Below are positions 23,401 to 45,300 of a stretch of 64,000 nucleotides of DNA, one piece after another. Under the pieces are notes generated by a model. It worked only from the letters and a program-made list of their open reading frames with translations, made no database searches and had not been told where the DNA came from. This DNA is from Microbotryum violaceum. Its lineage: Eukaryota. Position 1 is the stretch's first letter. Each line of letters opens with the position of its first letter. A program made the translations under genes and the position numbers. The stretch spans positions 1,999,591-2,063,590 of the forward strand of contig LN717261.1 of assembly GCA_001244265.2 (NCBI GenBank). Reading direction: 5' to 3'.

Positions 23401-23764
23401 TCTAGCTTGCGAGATGGTGGTGCGACCGAAGATGCGCCGGTGAAATCAAGTCACGGACTATTGCGCCTTCTCGCCCTTGCAGCGCCCGATCGATCAACTC
23501 GGCCGGTGAGGCCGGCTTGCTTTGCTCGCTCCTTTCCCAGCCACCCTAAAACTGTACTATAACCGGTGTAACCGGTGTTAAACCACCTCCTGAGCCGGTG
23601 GCGACGGTGACGGTTAAGCGCTAAGCGACCGGCAGTTGACACCGAGCCTCTCCTAGAACTCACTAAAACGGCCTACACCGCTTTAAAGCGCGCGGTTTGG
23701 CCCAGAGTGCCCAGGTGGCCCCGATCGCGCTCTCCATCATTACCCACTTGACACCATCAAGAAC

Positions 23765-26123
23765 ATGTACGACAACGAGGATAGTGGATATGAGACCCAA
23801 GACAACGGCAAGACCGATAGAATGAATATCATTCTTATCGGCGACGCACGAGGAGCTTCTCCTTCACCCACTTTACCACTCTAAAGTCGATGAGCTGTAC
23901 AACTTTTACCGACAACGCAGCGAGCAGCTCCCGATCAAAACCTCAGCAGGGGTTCGCGATTCTTCGAGCTGCGGACCAAATCCTCAAGGCCAATCAGAGG
24001 ACTTTTCTGCCACCATTTGGTTGTCGCCTGTTCAACGCCTGTCGAGGCAGACCCCTTGGTTCTCTGGACGCGCCAGGAGGCCGTCGCGGCTCTGAAGAGG
24101 GCCCAGCCGCTCGATCCGACTTCCAGTGGGAAGGAAAAAGCCCAAACCCCCAAGCTCCGTCTTCCTTTCGTCCTCCGAACCCAATCGGGAAAAATGGTGT
24201 TGGACCTCAAGTTCAAAGATAGAGTCTCGTACGCTCGCGACGTCGATCAAGGAAAAAAACTCGTGGCTCGACTCATCCGATCGTCGTGGTCACACGACAG
24301 CGTCAACTGTCGAACTCTGTTCCTCGACAAACTCCAAAAAGAATATCATAACTCACTCTTCGCGCCCGCCATCAAGATTCTAGAAGGGCTCAAAACGGTC
24401 GGTCCGCTACTTCGTCTCTGCTCAGCGTCGTACAAGGCGTATGTCTGGCTCGGCGACATCCTAGAGAACCTGCGAGCGCAGTACCGCCCGAAGCTGGTTG
24501 CATTCCTCGAGGTCAACGCCGGCTTCAAAGTCCAGGGCAAGCGAATCCCCTTCACCAGAAGGGTAAAGCCGAAGGAGAACAACAGCGGAGGGCGAAATGG
24601 AGGGGCCCGCTCAAGTCAAGGGGAGCAGGTAAGGTTGGTCTTTGTTTTCCGTGCTGCTGATACTGATGCTTGTACGCCGGTCCAACAGCTTCGCTTTGAT
24701 CCGGAAGAGGCTGAAATGTGCGAAGAAGAGCAGGAAGAAGAGCAGGGAAGCGAAGGAGAGAAGGAACGAGCTGGAACCGACTACGACAATGACGACGATG
24801 AATACAGCGAGACTGTGAGCCGAGCACTTTCGCGGTTCTCTGCACGCATGGCCGGCGGGCTGAGTTTCTTCTGATTTTGAAACCCCTCATAGATGCGCTT
24901 GGCGGAGCAAACGTACCCGACCCTGCCGAATGGTAAGCAAAACCCAGTGCCCGATAGCACAACATCAAATTGTCTCGAGAGCTGACTTTGCATGTTGCAC
25001 ACTGCTCGTAGCACCCGCTGTCCCCAGTACGTTCACTTCTCACTGTATCCGATTATACACGCTGACGGACACCACGCATGACACCAGCCCGACTTTGCTG
25101 GCTTGGTGATACGGGCGCCGACGACCTAAGTCGTGATCTTCAGCGTTTGCTCAATATTGCGACCGAGCTTTGCCGATACGACAAAACGTTCTCGTCAACT
25201 CAAAAACATGTTCATCCCCACATCGAGATATTCGCACAGGATCTTGCTAAGTTGCAACTGAGCGCTGAGACAAACGGGCTCAATCGAGACGACCTCGACA
25301 ATGGGGGTGCCCAGTTTGGGCACGGCAAGTTGGGACTCACTGAGCTCGCTGAAACCCGAGAATACCTCGCCAACTGGCCCAACTGGTCCATTCGGGACGT
25401 CGTCACCCGACTCTGAAACTGTATTGCGGCCATCGCGCGGGACGAGTTTGCACACGTACGTCGCAAGGGCAAGGCTACGGCAAGGAATGGCGATGACGGT
25501 CAAACGCTCGCCAAGGTCAAGGTTGGCTATATTTTCAGGGCAGCAATGGTGTCGACGGTGCAGGACTTGATGAAGACGGTTGAGCAGGTGCTGGACGAAC
25601 ACAAGAAGGAAACCCGTGGTGAGGTCGAGAGTGAATCGGCGACGACGAGCAGCAACGTGAGTGGCTTTGCGGCCGGGCAACTGATTCCTCGCTTTTCTCC
25701 TGATTCTGCTGCCACTTGATGTCCCGCGCATGGTATATGCCCACACGCAGCCGTCTCGCTCGAAGCGCCCAGCGGGAGCGACGGGAGCAGGCTTTTCCGT
25801 TGCGAAGAAGAAGGCGAAATGTAAATCTGCCCGCCGCCTCGAGCTCGAGATCCGAAACAGACACCGCGATCGTGTTGGGCTCACCACCGCTTCCAATTCC
25901 AATCGAACTAGTTACCGATGACGCAACGCTCCAACAGCTCCCTTCCGCCACACCGGACCAAATCAACAAGACAATCGCGACTCCGCTCGCGAAGAAGCAC
26001 GGGAGAGGCAACCTTCCGAAGCATGCCTCTCCCAAGACGGTGGCGACGCAGCCCGTAAGCAAAACACTTAGACGCTTGCGAGTACCAGCCTCTGACACCG
26101 AGTATTACGGCCAATCATATTAA
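23765..26123 (+). CDS. Multi-exon unknown protein, probably the divergent accessory gene of the CACTA element (may be degenerate)
   Basis: Long ORFs at 24017-24874 and 25078-25416, an acidic tract and GT-AG introns, divergent from the transposase. No domain was recognised. Confidence 0.35.
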
Positions 26124-27247
26124 TCACAGGCGATTGTGGGTTCTGAAAAGCTGGGTGCGGCGGCAAATGCTGGAGGAAGGGCGCACCGAAGATAGGTTCC
26201 GTTGCCGCAGCCTGATTGCCTGTGTACTTTTTTTTCTTCTACTCCTACTCCCCCTTCTTCTTCTGCGTGGCAATACATGTGACGTCATTGCCGTGCCAAG
26301 AACCCGTCAAGTCGTCCGAAATATATCGCAACTTGCTGATCGGAAAAGGACAGCTTTGATCGGATGTTCGGAAGATCACGTGTGAGGGTAGGCGGGCAGG
26401 TGAGGAAAAGCAAGCCAATGTTTCAGATAACGGTAATCGCTTGCATACATACTGCTACGGTCGACTCGAGCAATTCTACAACGGACCGATAGTCGACAAG
26501 ACAGGCCGGCCGGCCGGGTGAGTATTGCTCCCCGGACCGGCCAGCGCAAGCTGTACGAACGGACTCTGCCAGTCGAGAGTCTGTGCCGGCTGACAAGCGG
26601 AGGGTCAGGAGGCTACCGATCGCGTCCGGGGATCTGGACCCTGGACACGGCGGCTACATCTTCGAGAAAGCGTTGCGCCACAGCTACTGTGGGGTAAAGG
26701 CGCCATCCGAGGTAACGCTGGTGTCTTGCTCCCAGACAGATTGGCGAGGTCCAAGCTGGTGGGCGAGCGCGAAACACGAGACATGCTGGATATCGACAGA
26801 GTGTTGTTGTCCATCGAATTGCGGAGCCCAAGCGGGAAATCGAGGTCGTGGGCTATCAAGCCGCGAAGGTCTATCGAGTCCCGTCGACGCACATCGACGA
26901 GGCTGCCGACAAGACCGTGAATCGATGTGACGTGACGGTAGGTACTCCCAATGGCCTGGCTCCGCTCGAGATTCTCGCAGCTATGACGGTGCCGAAGCAA
27001 TGGCGAAGCTTTTCAGGGTCATCGGTCACGTTAGGGCCATGGAGAGGCATCAACAATGGATAAGCACAATTTGTTGTCGCGCGACAATTTGACACCACAA
27101 GCGCGCAGCCTATTGGATCGACTTGGCGCAAGCATTCGTCGTCTGTCTCGATCTAGACAATCCGAAATAACGATCTGACGAGACTGTTGCGAGTATTCTC
27201 CCCCAGACTTCTAAGTGAGTATCATCTCCAGGGACTTCTAATTCAGC

Positions 27248-27448
27248 AATGCTACGAGCTCACTCTAAGGATAATTCAGTAATGCTACGAGCTCACTCTA
27301 AGGAGCTCATAAATAAAAAGCCAATGAGAAAGACATCCGCCTCCAAGGAGAGCACGAACAGCCACCGTATATTTACTATAATAAGGAGCTCACGAATAAA
27401 TAGCCAATGAGAAAGACATCCGCCTCTAAGGAGAGCACGAACAGCCAC
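27248..27448. repeat. Short tandem duplications (~32-bp and ~83-bp periods)
   Basis: AATGCTACGAGCTCACTCTAAGGA occurs twice, and AGCCAATGAGAAAGACATCCGCCTC.AAGGAGAGCACGAACAGCCAC occurs twice. Confidence 0.85.
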
Positions 27449-27679
27449 TGAGAGTTTACCCCACGAAATCTAAGAGTATCCTAACGACCTGCCCAATATC
27501 CGTATGAGAGATTTAAAGGGAAGAGTTCTGATCAGCCCCGGACTGTGGCCGCCCGTGCCCTGAAAGGTCCCTGTGAAAGGGAAGCCTGGTACGGTCCCAG
27601 CGCCCTGGAAGGGGGCCGACCAGGGCCATGAACTTTTTTTTCTTTTTTCTTTGGCAGTCCAAAGGTTCAGATTACAATG

Positions 27680-28055
27680 CCCAGCGCAGAAATTCGACCT
27701 GCACCCCACTCTAACACGACTGCCTCGACTCGCAGCTGACTTGCATCCGACTCTGTCGACTCGAATCCGACTCGCCGTCACCCAGTTGAACAGACTCGGG
27801 CACGACTCGCGGTCGACTGGGGGTCGACTCGTGCCTGACTCCCTTCCGACTCGCAAGTCGGATTTTTTAACATTTTCGACTCGCGCCCGACTAAGCGCCG
27901 ACTCGCGCCCGACTAGACCACGTTTGCAGAAAATAGAACACTAGTAAATAGTGGATCTAAGCAACGTGCCGCGTCTAAAAAATAAAAAAATAAAAAAAAC
28001 TAAGCGCCGACTCGCACCCGACTCGCGCCCGACTACCTCGACTCGCGCCCGACTA
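27680..28055. mobile_element. EnSpm-like element end with dense CGACT(C) subterminal repeats
   Basis: Starts with CCCAGC and contains more than 15 CGACT motifs. The partner end was not found. Confidence 0.45.
27915..27999 (+). mobile_element. 85-bp poly(A)-tailed retrotransposon 3' stub
   Basis: A-rich tail with a 24-bp flanking duplication at 27891-27914 / 28000-28023 (1 mismatch). The same tail occurs at 17691-17723. Confidence 0.75.
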
Positions 28056-28169
28056 ACCGTTCCTTAGAGCCGGCCTGACAGGAGGACAGACGTGAATTGC
28101 CGACGCCATTCTGGCTCATTTAGAATTCTCGTGCTTTCTTACTGCTCGTGGGCCACCCAAGCCTCGGCG

Positions 28170-30507
28170 ATGGCGCTCGACAGGTACTGCACCTCCATCG
28201 ATGTTTCACTGCAGACCTTATCGGCATCGCTCTATCCGGACGAGACACTGCTACAAGCCCAGGACGGCGTCGGCCTCTACGATGGGTCAGTGCAGTTACC
28301 CCCCACTTTCTCTATGGAGCGAGCGATCATCGGGAAGCTGACCCCACCGCACGGCAACGCTCGCAGCAAGGAAAAATCGCCCAACCACTTTGCTGGTCGA
28401 CTGCATCTCACGAGCCATCGACTGCTGTTCGTCGCGTCGCACAAGCCGCACCGGTGCTCGCTCGCCCTCGACCTCGCGCACGTAAGACAGACCGAGTACT
28501 ACGCCGGTTTCCTCAAGTCCAGCCCCAAGATCACTCTTCTCTTCGGATCACCCGATGCAGCGGCCACATCGATCAATGGCACCACCGCCGCCACCACCGC
28601 TGCCGGGTTCCTCTCGTCGAGTTCTGCCTCGAGCCAATCCGCCGCTCTGACCACGTCAGCCTCGACCTCGGCGCCGTCCCCACTGCCCGCCGGTTCAATC
28701 GCCTCCCCTACACCAACGTCATCGAGTGCTAGTGGCCGACGCACGTGGATATGTCGCGTGTGTGGCATGTCCAATATATCCTCGATCAAATGCTCGCTCT
28801 GCGGCATCACCCGCGACAAACTCATCACCTCGAGCAGTCAATCCGCCTCCCTCACCGCAGCGGCCTCAGCTCCCTCCCCGTCTGCCTCATTTCCCGCCAG
28901 TCCTGCTCCATCTTCCCCCGCTCTTCGGTCCGTCGCATCTCGGACAGACTGTTCTCAATCGTCAACACCTCCTCCACTACCACCCTTACCTGCTTCGCTT
29001 CTTGGCCCCACCTCGCAGCAGAGGCCCGACGCCGAAAACTATGTCCCTGACCCAGCCGCCCTAAATTTGGTCGACGGCAAGCTCCCCTGCCCCGTCTGCA
29101 CCTTTCTGAACCATCACTCCATGTCAAGATGTGAGCTGTGTGACTCGCCTCTGCCTTCGCTTCGCCCGGCCCCAACCTTGAGCGCGCCGAGAAGAGGCTC
29201 CTTGTCGACCTCGAGGCCCTCGACCCCGGACTCTCTCGCATCGTCGAACGACCACTTTATGCGCCTGAGCTTTCGAACCGGCGGCGAACGCGAGTTCTAC
29301 AACGCACTCAAGGAAGCCCTGGCCAGGAAAGCTTGGGACTGGCAAAGTGCAAATGCACTGCTCCGACCGTCCAAGTCGAGCAACGGGTCGTCCGAGGCGC
29401 GAGCGCTCGGGGCGATCAATGAGCGAGCGGGTGGGATTGGTAGGCGCTTTTCCGACGAGGCTGATTCCAAATTCCAAACCAAGCGAGTTTCGAGGCTAAC
29501 TTGTTAGTGGCTTTCTTCATCCCTCTTCTACTCACAGTTGCCATCATGAAATCGTTCACATTGGAAGCAGCCGATCGGGACCGATCGCTCGAATCGGCCC
29601 TGAAGGATCTCCAGTCGCTCATGTCCAAAGCCAAAGACATGATCCAGCTCGCGCAATCGATCAACGAGCGACTTTCACAGGCGAACGCTGGCAGCACCTC
29701 TACCGCCGGAACCAGCACTCCTGCGGTGTCCACGTCGGAGAAGACAGCGGCATCTTCTTTCGCGACCTCGTCCCTCGCTTCCTTGGGTTTGATCGAGTTG
29801 GCCATCACTCCAGATCTCATCGACGAAAGTCAAAGGTACCATGAAGAGATTGCCAAAGAACTCGGAACGCTGTTGAATGGCTCCGACGCCGTCGTCAGGC
29901 GGAGAGGTGTCGTCGGGCTGGACGAAGCGTGGTGCGCTTGGAACAGGGCGCGAGGTGTGGGTGAGTGTCGAGTGATACGCCTCGGATGGTACCAGATATG
30001 TGATCCTAAACCTGAGCGCTGTCATGAGTCTCTCGCATCCGGCTTGTGTGCCTCTCCTCTCCAGCCCTCATCTCACCGAAAGATTTTCGACTCGCGACCC
30101 CATACCTACCGATGCACACATCGCCGATGCTTTCACTTCTCACGCTCCCAAGTGGTCTCACAATTCTGCACACCTCACGATACTCGCTCCCCGTTTTTAG
30201 TCAACGGATTTGGGACCTATTGGACCTCGAGCAAGCCATTTCCCTCTCGAGCCGCCAGTCCCCGGACGAACCTTTGCGGATGCAAGGTCTATCGACGATC
30301 GAGATCGCTCAATCCGACGACGAGTCGCATGGAGGGGGAGGCGAAGGTATTGGTATTGGTTTGGTCAAAGAGTTGTTGGAGATGGTCGAGACGTGGGGCG
30401 AGATTTGTCGAGACCAAGGTGGCGCCGGCGGGGGCGAGAGTGAGGTCAGATGGTTTAGGAACTACTTTGAGAGCGCAGGGCGAGATTGGGATGGAACCAA
30501 ATTTTGA
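28170..30507 (+). CDS. VPS36: ESCRT-II subunit Vps36 (GLUE domain with two NZF zinc fingers, EAP30 domain), intron-containing
   Basis: The GLUE domain shows QDGVGLYDG, GRLHLTSHRLLF and GFLKSSPKITL. The NZF fingers are WICRVC..N..C..C and CPVCTFLNHHSMSRCELCD. EAP30 motifs are MRLSFRTGG, ALKDLQSLMSKAKDMI, WCAWNRARGV and LISPKDF. Confidence 0.93.
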
Positions 30508-30803
30508 GCGGTCGGGAAAGGATAGACTTTGTTGTAAGTTGCACAAACAGAAGTCGTCGACTTGTCTGTGCATGTCTGCATAATTGCGCGCGATGTCTCA
30601 GCCCACTGACATCGTTGCAGTGACTGCTCTCGACACTCGAAGAGTTGGACTGAGGCGTCGCGGCGCATGACGTGTTGGTACTGGGCATCTACCCCTGCTG
30701 ACCTTTGTGAGTCGTTATCAATGCTTCATTTGGAGCCACCTCGGGGACCTTGAGTAAAACTCCGCAAGTCCCGTGACCTGCCCCCACGGACGAACTATGC
30801 CTT

Positions 30804-31025
30804 TGTCATCGTGTACACTACATTGCAGGGGCGCTCTCAACTCCAGCATGCGGAGATTGGGGGATGCGAACTCGGGCGCGCTCGCGCTTCGCGCTCGGAC
30901 CTCTTTAGATTCTGACTTAGACTACCCGAGGCCGCGACTAGCGCGGCTCTCTCTCTCTCTTCCCTTAACGTTCCCTATCCTCTTCTACTCGGTATCTTCG
31001 TTTGCTCACTGCGCTGCTCCTCACA
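30804..31025. mobile_element. Solo LTR upstream of the deacetylase gene
   Basis: TG...CA termini with perfect TSD GCCTT (30799-30803, 31026-31030). Confidence 0.9.
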
Positions 31026-31188
31026 GCCTTAGCTTCGTGAATCGCGGTGCTGTGCTGAGCGGTGTCCGTTGCCGGATCTCGGCGGTGCCTCCAAGTCGGC
31101 GGACCGAGCTCTTGAATCCTCGCTTCTTTATTCACTCTTTCGCTGCTGTCCATCGACGACAAGCCGGCCCTGGCGGACCGCCGTGACC

Positions 31189-34265
<3,077 letters not shown>

Positions 34266-34308
34266 CTATGAGATCAAGATTGCAGAAGGAAGACAAGAGC
34301 GATTTCTA

Positions 34309-39175
<4,867 letters not shown>

Positions 39176-39217
39176 TGAAGCGGCAGCAGTACTCACCGCC
39201 CGTTGGAGTCCGCGTTA

Positions 39218-39418
<201 letters not shown>

Positions 39419-39421
39419 CTA

Positions 39422-39583
<162 letters not shown>

Positions 39584-39720
39584 CTATGAGATCAAGATTG
39601 CAGAAGGAAGACAAGAGCGATTTCTACACAGAAGCCCTATTTGTAGTCGCAGGAAAGCCCAGGGAAAGCGACAGAAACTCATGGAAGCAAATTGAAGCCA
39701 AAGGAAGTGATCGAGGCGCA

Positions 39721-42132
39721 GTAGAAGTCAATGTGACCGTGCACCAGTCCGCCCGCCATGTTTTTTTTTTGTAGAACTTGTTCATCATATTGCCCCCAAT
39801 TCCTGTTCCCCATGATTGGCCTACGGAAAAACTAGAACTAGATGGAAGTCGACGATGATAACACAAACCGCCCGCAAGATGCGAGAAACGGGCCGGTGTC
39901 CACCAATCCGATACTTGGGATTCAAGTGCCCCAGCCAAGCGGTTGCTCCCCCCAGGAGACGAAGGAGAGAGAGAAGGAGAGAGAGAGAGAAAGAGAAAGA
40001 GTACAAAAATAATTGACTAACGACAAGAGACCCACCCCGCCGTCACTTCCCAACTCGGTCGAGACAAAGACAAGAGAGCGACTGCGCAGCTACCCTGACC
40101 CGCGAAGTCCCAAGTCTATGCTCGGTCACAACAAGACGCGGTGGAGGCCTCTCAAAACCTCCACCTCAGCAGTCCCTGGCCCCTCAAAGCCGACTTTCTG
40201 CCTGTGTCTGCTGATCCCTCCCTTGACTCAGAACCCCGAAGCCAAAGAGCGCGAGTCACCGTCGAGTCAATCTCAAATCGCGAGCCGGTCCATGAGCAAC
40301 GAAGGCAGACCTGTAATAGATGAAAGATGAAAGCAAGATATTTAGTATACAGTTTTTTGTTGGAAGATGAAGCGTGATGGTGTGTGTGTGTGGGGTGTGG
40401 TGGGGGGGGGGGGAAATGGAACCCAGCCTCTACTGCCCTCGCCCGCCCCCTGCTCCTCCCGCCCTCAACTTCATCCTCTCCTCCAGTACCACTCTCCTCC
40501 TCTCCACGCTTTCCATCCTCGTCCCGTGCTTCTGCATCCTCCATCTCCCACTGCTGATCATTTCCAAAACCATCCCCGTGGACATCTCGATCGTCCTGCC
40601 CGCCCCTTCCTGTTCGCTGAGCTTGGCCTTGAGCTTGGGGAGGCCAAAGAGCCGTTGCAGTGTCGTGTACTGGGCGTCCTCAATCGTGTCGCACCCGAGT
40701 GCGTCGCAGAGCACGCCCCTTGCCGCGATCCAGACATTCCGCGAGTCAACGCAGCCGAAAAAGTAGTGGTCGGTGTCGTCCACCGGCGCTTCGCAGACGA
40801 GGCACGCGGGAGAAGTGTCGTGATTCTGTTGGTGTTGCAGCTTGCACGTCGGGGTGAAGCGGAGAATCAGCTTGAACCAAACTTCCCTCTCCCTCGCCGT
40901 CAGTGCCTTCGAGTTGACCGCCTTCCAAAAGCTCCTGAGGTCGTCCGGCTGCGGTGGTCCCTTGAGCCCGAGCGTGTTGGTAAAGGCCTTCGCATTCAGG
41001 GCCCGGCGGATGCGACGGATGGTGTACGGTCGAGCCATGTTCAGCAGCTTGTACTGGCTCGCCTGCTGTGGAAGCACCGGGTCCGGAAGGCGCTGCTCCA
41101 TTGCGAAGCGGGCCACGGGCTTGGGGAGAATCGCCTCGAGCGGTGCTGGTGCCGATCCGGGGAGGCACGTTGAGCCGTCCTGCCGCTACCGCCACCGCCA
41201 AGGGCGTGTTCTTGTGTCGATCGACAGTGAACTGGTACCAGGCCGCGATTGCCAGTCGCTGCGGGAGCCCGCGTTTTGCTGTTTCGGAACCCCCAATGCT
41301 GCTCGCCGTCGGGGATGGAGGTCGCTGGGGATGGGAGTGGATGGATGTGGCCAGAGATCGGTGGCCAGGTCGAGGTCGGACTGAGCTCGCTGGAGTGCCG
41401 CGCGCGCAAGTCCTTGCCAGATCGCGCCCGAACCGCCGAGAAGAACGTCCCAGATCCGTGCCGCAACCGCGTCCACGACGTCCTGCATCCTGATCACCCC
41501 GAGTCCCCCCTTGAGCTTGGCTGTGAACACGATATCTCTGCTGTAGCTGGTCCTGCCCTTGCCCCACGGACGAAATCGACGAGCATGTCATCGAGCTTCT
41601 TGACGACTTCGGGCGGCGGGATGTCGGCTGCAAGGAAGTGCAGGATCTTGGGGATGGCGTACCGATTGACGTAAAAGGCACGGGTGTGGTGTGTGAGCCA
41701 GCGATGCTGAACCCCTTCCAGCGTCGCCTCGAGGCGTTCGATGAGATTCGCGTAGGCGAGTTCGGTGTCGCCGCTCGGGTCGAAGGGGAGGCCGATCCAC
41801 TCGAGCGACTCGCCTGCGGCCTTGACGACGAGCGGGCGTTGCCCCGGGTCCCAGCGGCGTCCGATCGGTAGGACGACCGTCTTGTCCGTGTTGAGCCGGC
41901 CATTCGTTGCATGCCTCCAGTCGAGCGCCAGATCGTCGAGCAAGGTGAGTGACTCCGAGCCCGCGACGGCGACGACAACGTCATCGGCAAAAGCAAGCGA
42001 TGTAATGGCGCGGCTCTGTGGGTACGGATGAAGTGCAGGTATGGAGAGATTCAGCGCGATGTTTCGACGGTGTAGAGCATCCAGAAACGGCTGAAACACG
42101 ATGTCCCAGACCGACGACGACGCCGGGTCCCC
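39721..42132 (-). mobile_element. 5'-truncated L1-like LINE (RT C-terminus plus zf-RVT)
   Basis: Motifs are SLAFADDVVV, LNTDKT, KLKGGLGV and CLVC...DDTDHYFFGC. An A-run lies at 39760-39770 on the minus strand. Confidence 0.88.
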
Positions 42133-42364
42133 AAAAGAAGTTAGGTGAGGCGGCTGCGAGCGGGATTATAAGCGTGTTTCTCAAGCTTAGGCATACCATC
42201 TTTGCGTGTACTTGGTGTTGGTGTAAAGACACCGAATTCGGGCAAGGTAACAAGAGAGTACTATATGTACATCATGTGTTCGACTTTCCTTCTTCCCTTC
42301 GTGTCTTTATTTCCTTCCTTTTTCTGTCTCTTTTCTTTTTTCTTTTTTCTTTTTTTCTTTGTCC

Positions 42365-45300
42365 GAGTCGCCTCCAAACACTCTTCGTGCCTCTTTCTCT
42401 TTCCCGGACCGAGTCACCGACGCCACCTTTTGTGTGGGTGATTCAAAAGTCCGGGTTGTATCAATATACGCGCCTTCCTCCGACAAGCCAGACAAAAAAC
42501 GCTTCCTCTCACACCTCAGCACCGCCCTCCGACAAGTTGTACGTGACGAACCCTCGCCGCCTGCGCTCCTAGTCGGGTGGGGACTGGAATTGTGTTGAGT
42601 CCCAGCCCCTCGATTCGGAGAACCAAAACGGAACGAATTATGGGGGTCAGGAGATGCGCGACCTTGCCACGGCCAACAATCTTTTCGACGCCTATCGGCT
42701 CCATCATCCCAAAGGACGAGCCACGACGAATCGCTCAGCGCCCGGCACGTGCCGTCGCCTTGACCGCATCTATGTCTCGCCTGATTGGGTCGACCTCTTC
42801 CATGATCACAAAATTTGGGCTCCTGTCCTCAAATCGACGCACTCAATGGTTGTGGCACGGTTCCAAGTGCCGGGCGCAATCGACATCGGTCCGGGCAAAT
42901 TCAAGCTGGGTTTGCACGTGATCGAGGGTGACGCGACCTGCGAGTACCTCACCTCCATTGTCCGCACCCTTTACAGCAAAGCCCTCCTCCAGACGCCCAA
43001 CGATCCACCAGCAGCTTGGACGTCCACCAAACACCGCCTGCTGCCCGAGCTGCAGGCTCTGGCCCGGACTTTCGCTCGGTTCCGTCGTGGCGGGTCGGAG
43101 CAAGAGAGGGCTGACCACTCGCGCTACGGTGCGGCCCTGCGGTCCCGCCTCGACCCATCTCTGGCGGGTCCCTCTTCCATCTTCATCCGCCTGCGCAAAG
43201 TGCGAGCATCCGACCTGATCCCTTCGCTCACGGTCAACGATGTTGTTCATTCCGACCCTGATTCCGACCCTGATTCGATGCTTGGAGCGGCCAGCGACTA
43301 CTTCGAGCGGGTCTATGAGGACCGCCCCATCGACGACGCGGCCCTGAAGGCGATCATCGACGGCCTCGCTTCAACTCGCCTCTCCCCCGCGGACTCACTC
43401 AAGCTCGAGGAAGCGTACCCGTTGGAGGAGATGACAAAGGCTCGAGCGGCGTGTAAGTCGAACTCTTCGCCAGGGCCTCACGGCATCCCGGTTGAGTTTT
43501 ATCGCGCTACGTGGCCGGCCACTGGCCCAATTCTTCGAGACGTCATCAACTCGATCCCCACCGAGGCCCGTCAGCCTGGACCTCTCCCCCACAACACCAC
43601 CCACATCCATCTCATCCACAAACGCGGCGAGAGGGATTAGCTTTCGAACAAACGCCCCATATCGCTCATCAATGCGGACGAGCGCATCATCTCGCAAGCC
43701 CACAACCAGCGCCTCGCTCCCTTGCTCGAGTCCCTGATCGGCCCAACCCAACGTGGCTTTGTTCCGAACCGTTGGATCGGCACGAACATCGCTGAGGTCC
43801 AATGTCTCATGGACCCTGGACTTCCGGGCTCAACACCCGTGTCTGGCATGCTAGCGGTGATGGACTTTGAAAAGGCTTACGATCGTCTTACCCACCCGTA
43901 CCTTGATGCAGTCCTCTGCGCCGTTGGCCTCGGCCCCAAAGCCCGCCAATGGTACCGAGCGACCTACACCAACCAATCTGCCTCGATCTTCCTCAACGGT
44001 TGGCTCTCTGCCATTTTCGACATCCTGTCGGGCGTTCGGCAAGGTGATCCTTTGGCTCCGTCTCTCTTCGTCCTGACGATCGAAGGTTTTGCCTGTCAGA
44101 TTCGATTGAGAGTCAAGGGCATCGATATTGCGGGCCTCCAAAACGTTCGCGAACTCCTTTTTGCCGACGACGCTTGCTGCGCACTCCACAACCTCTCGGA
44201 CCTCGACCACCTCAATCGGGCGATCGAGCTTTACGAACGGGCAAGTGCCAGCAAGCTCAGCAACCCCAAATCTTTTCTCTACCCCCTTGGAGCTTTTCGG
44301 GATCGGCCGGTCGCCCCAGATCTCGGGACCTCGGGTCTCAGCGATTCGCAGTTTCGCTACCTTGGTATTCAGGTCGGGGTGGAGATCGCCGAGGATGCGG
44401 GCTGGGAAGATGTCAAGGCCTTGACCATCGCTCGGATACGCTCAGTTCCGATGTACGATCTCCCATATGCAGCCAAGTGTTCGATCATCAACATCTACTG
44501 CTACACAAAGATCTTGTACTACAGCCGATTCCTTCCCGCCCCCAAGAGCGTGGTCAAGGAGATCGAGGAGGCTGCCATGCTCGCCTTTCACGGTCGAGCT
44601 TCGGATGGTACTCAGCGACGTCCGAAGGTCTCCCGGTCGCGCCTCTGCACCCCTCTCGATCACGGCGGCTTCGGTTTGATTGATCTGCCTCGGCGTCTAG
44701 CAATCGATCACGCGAAGTGGGTCTTCCAGCTACGGGCCCCGGACGGCTGCTTCACACGCCACCTCTTCGACATCCGCATCCGCCTCCAGGCACCAAACGA
44801 ACCAACCCCTTTCACCTTGTCCAGACCGGCCCCCAACCAGCATCGTTGCCCTTGGATTTGGATCTGGTGGGCATACTTTTGCCATCCTCCCCCAAAGTGG
44901 GACCATGCGGTGAGAAAAACGACAAAACTTCTTCCTGCTCGTTGGGTCCAATACTTCGAAGCCTGGGCGTTGGTGACCACGCTCAATCCCCCGGAACTCT
45001 CCAAGAGCCAGAACCTAGAGCAATGGGCGACGCACGTACTCTATTTCCCAGCGGGCCACGGAATACAACTCTCGGTAAACCCGACGCTTTTTCGAGGGCC
45101 CGATGGCGAGGTGATGACCCCGTCTTCGTTTGTGAACGCGTCCAAACGCCACCAAGTCTCCATCTTTCCCCCTATCTTCCCCAAGGGACACCAGAAGGTA
45201 TTCGATCTGCCTGAGCAACGCTGGAACGCTTGGTGGAAGGCTTTGCGCAAGGTTCGCCGGGTTCACTCGGACGCCGAGGATACCAGCCACCTTCTCTCCC

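Noticed and set aside
26300-27200. Possible additional gene
   Set aside because: The ORFs are fragmentary and no family could be assigned.
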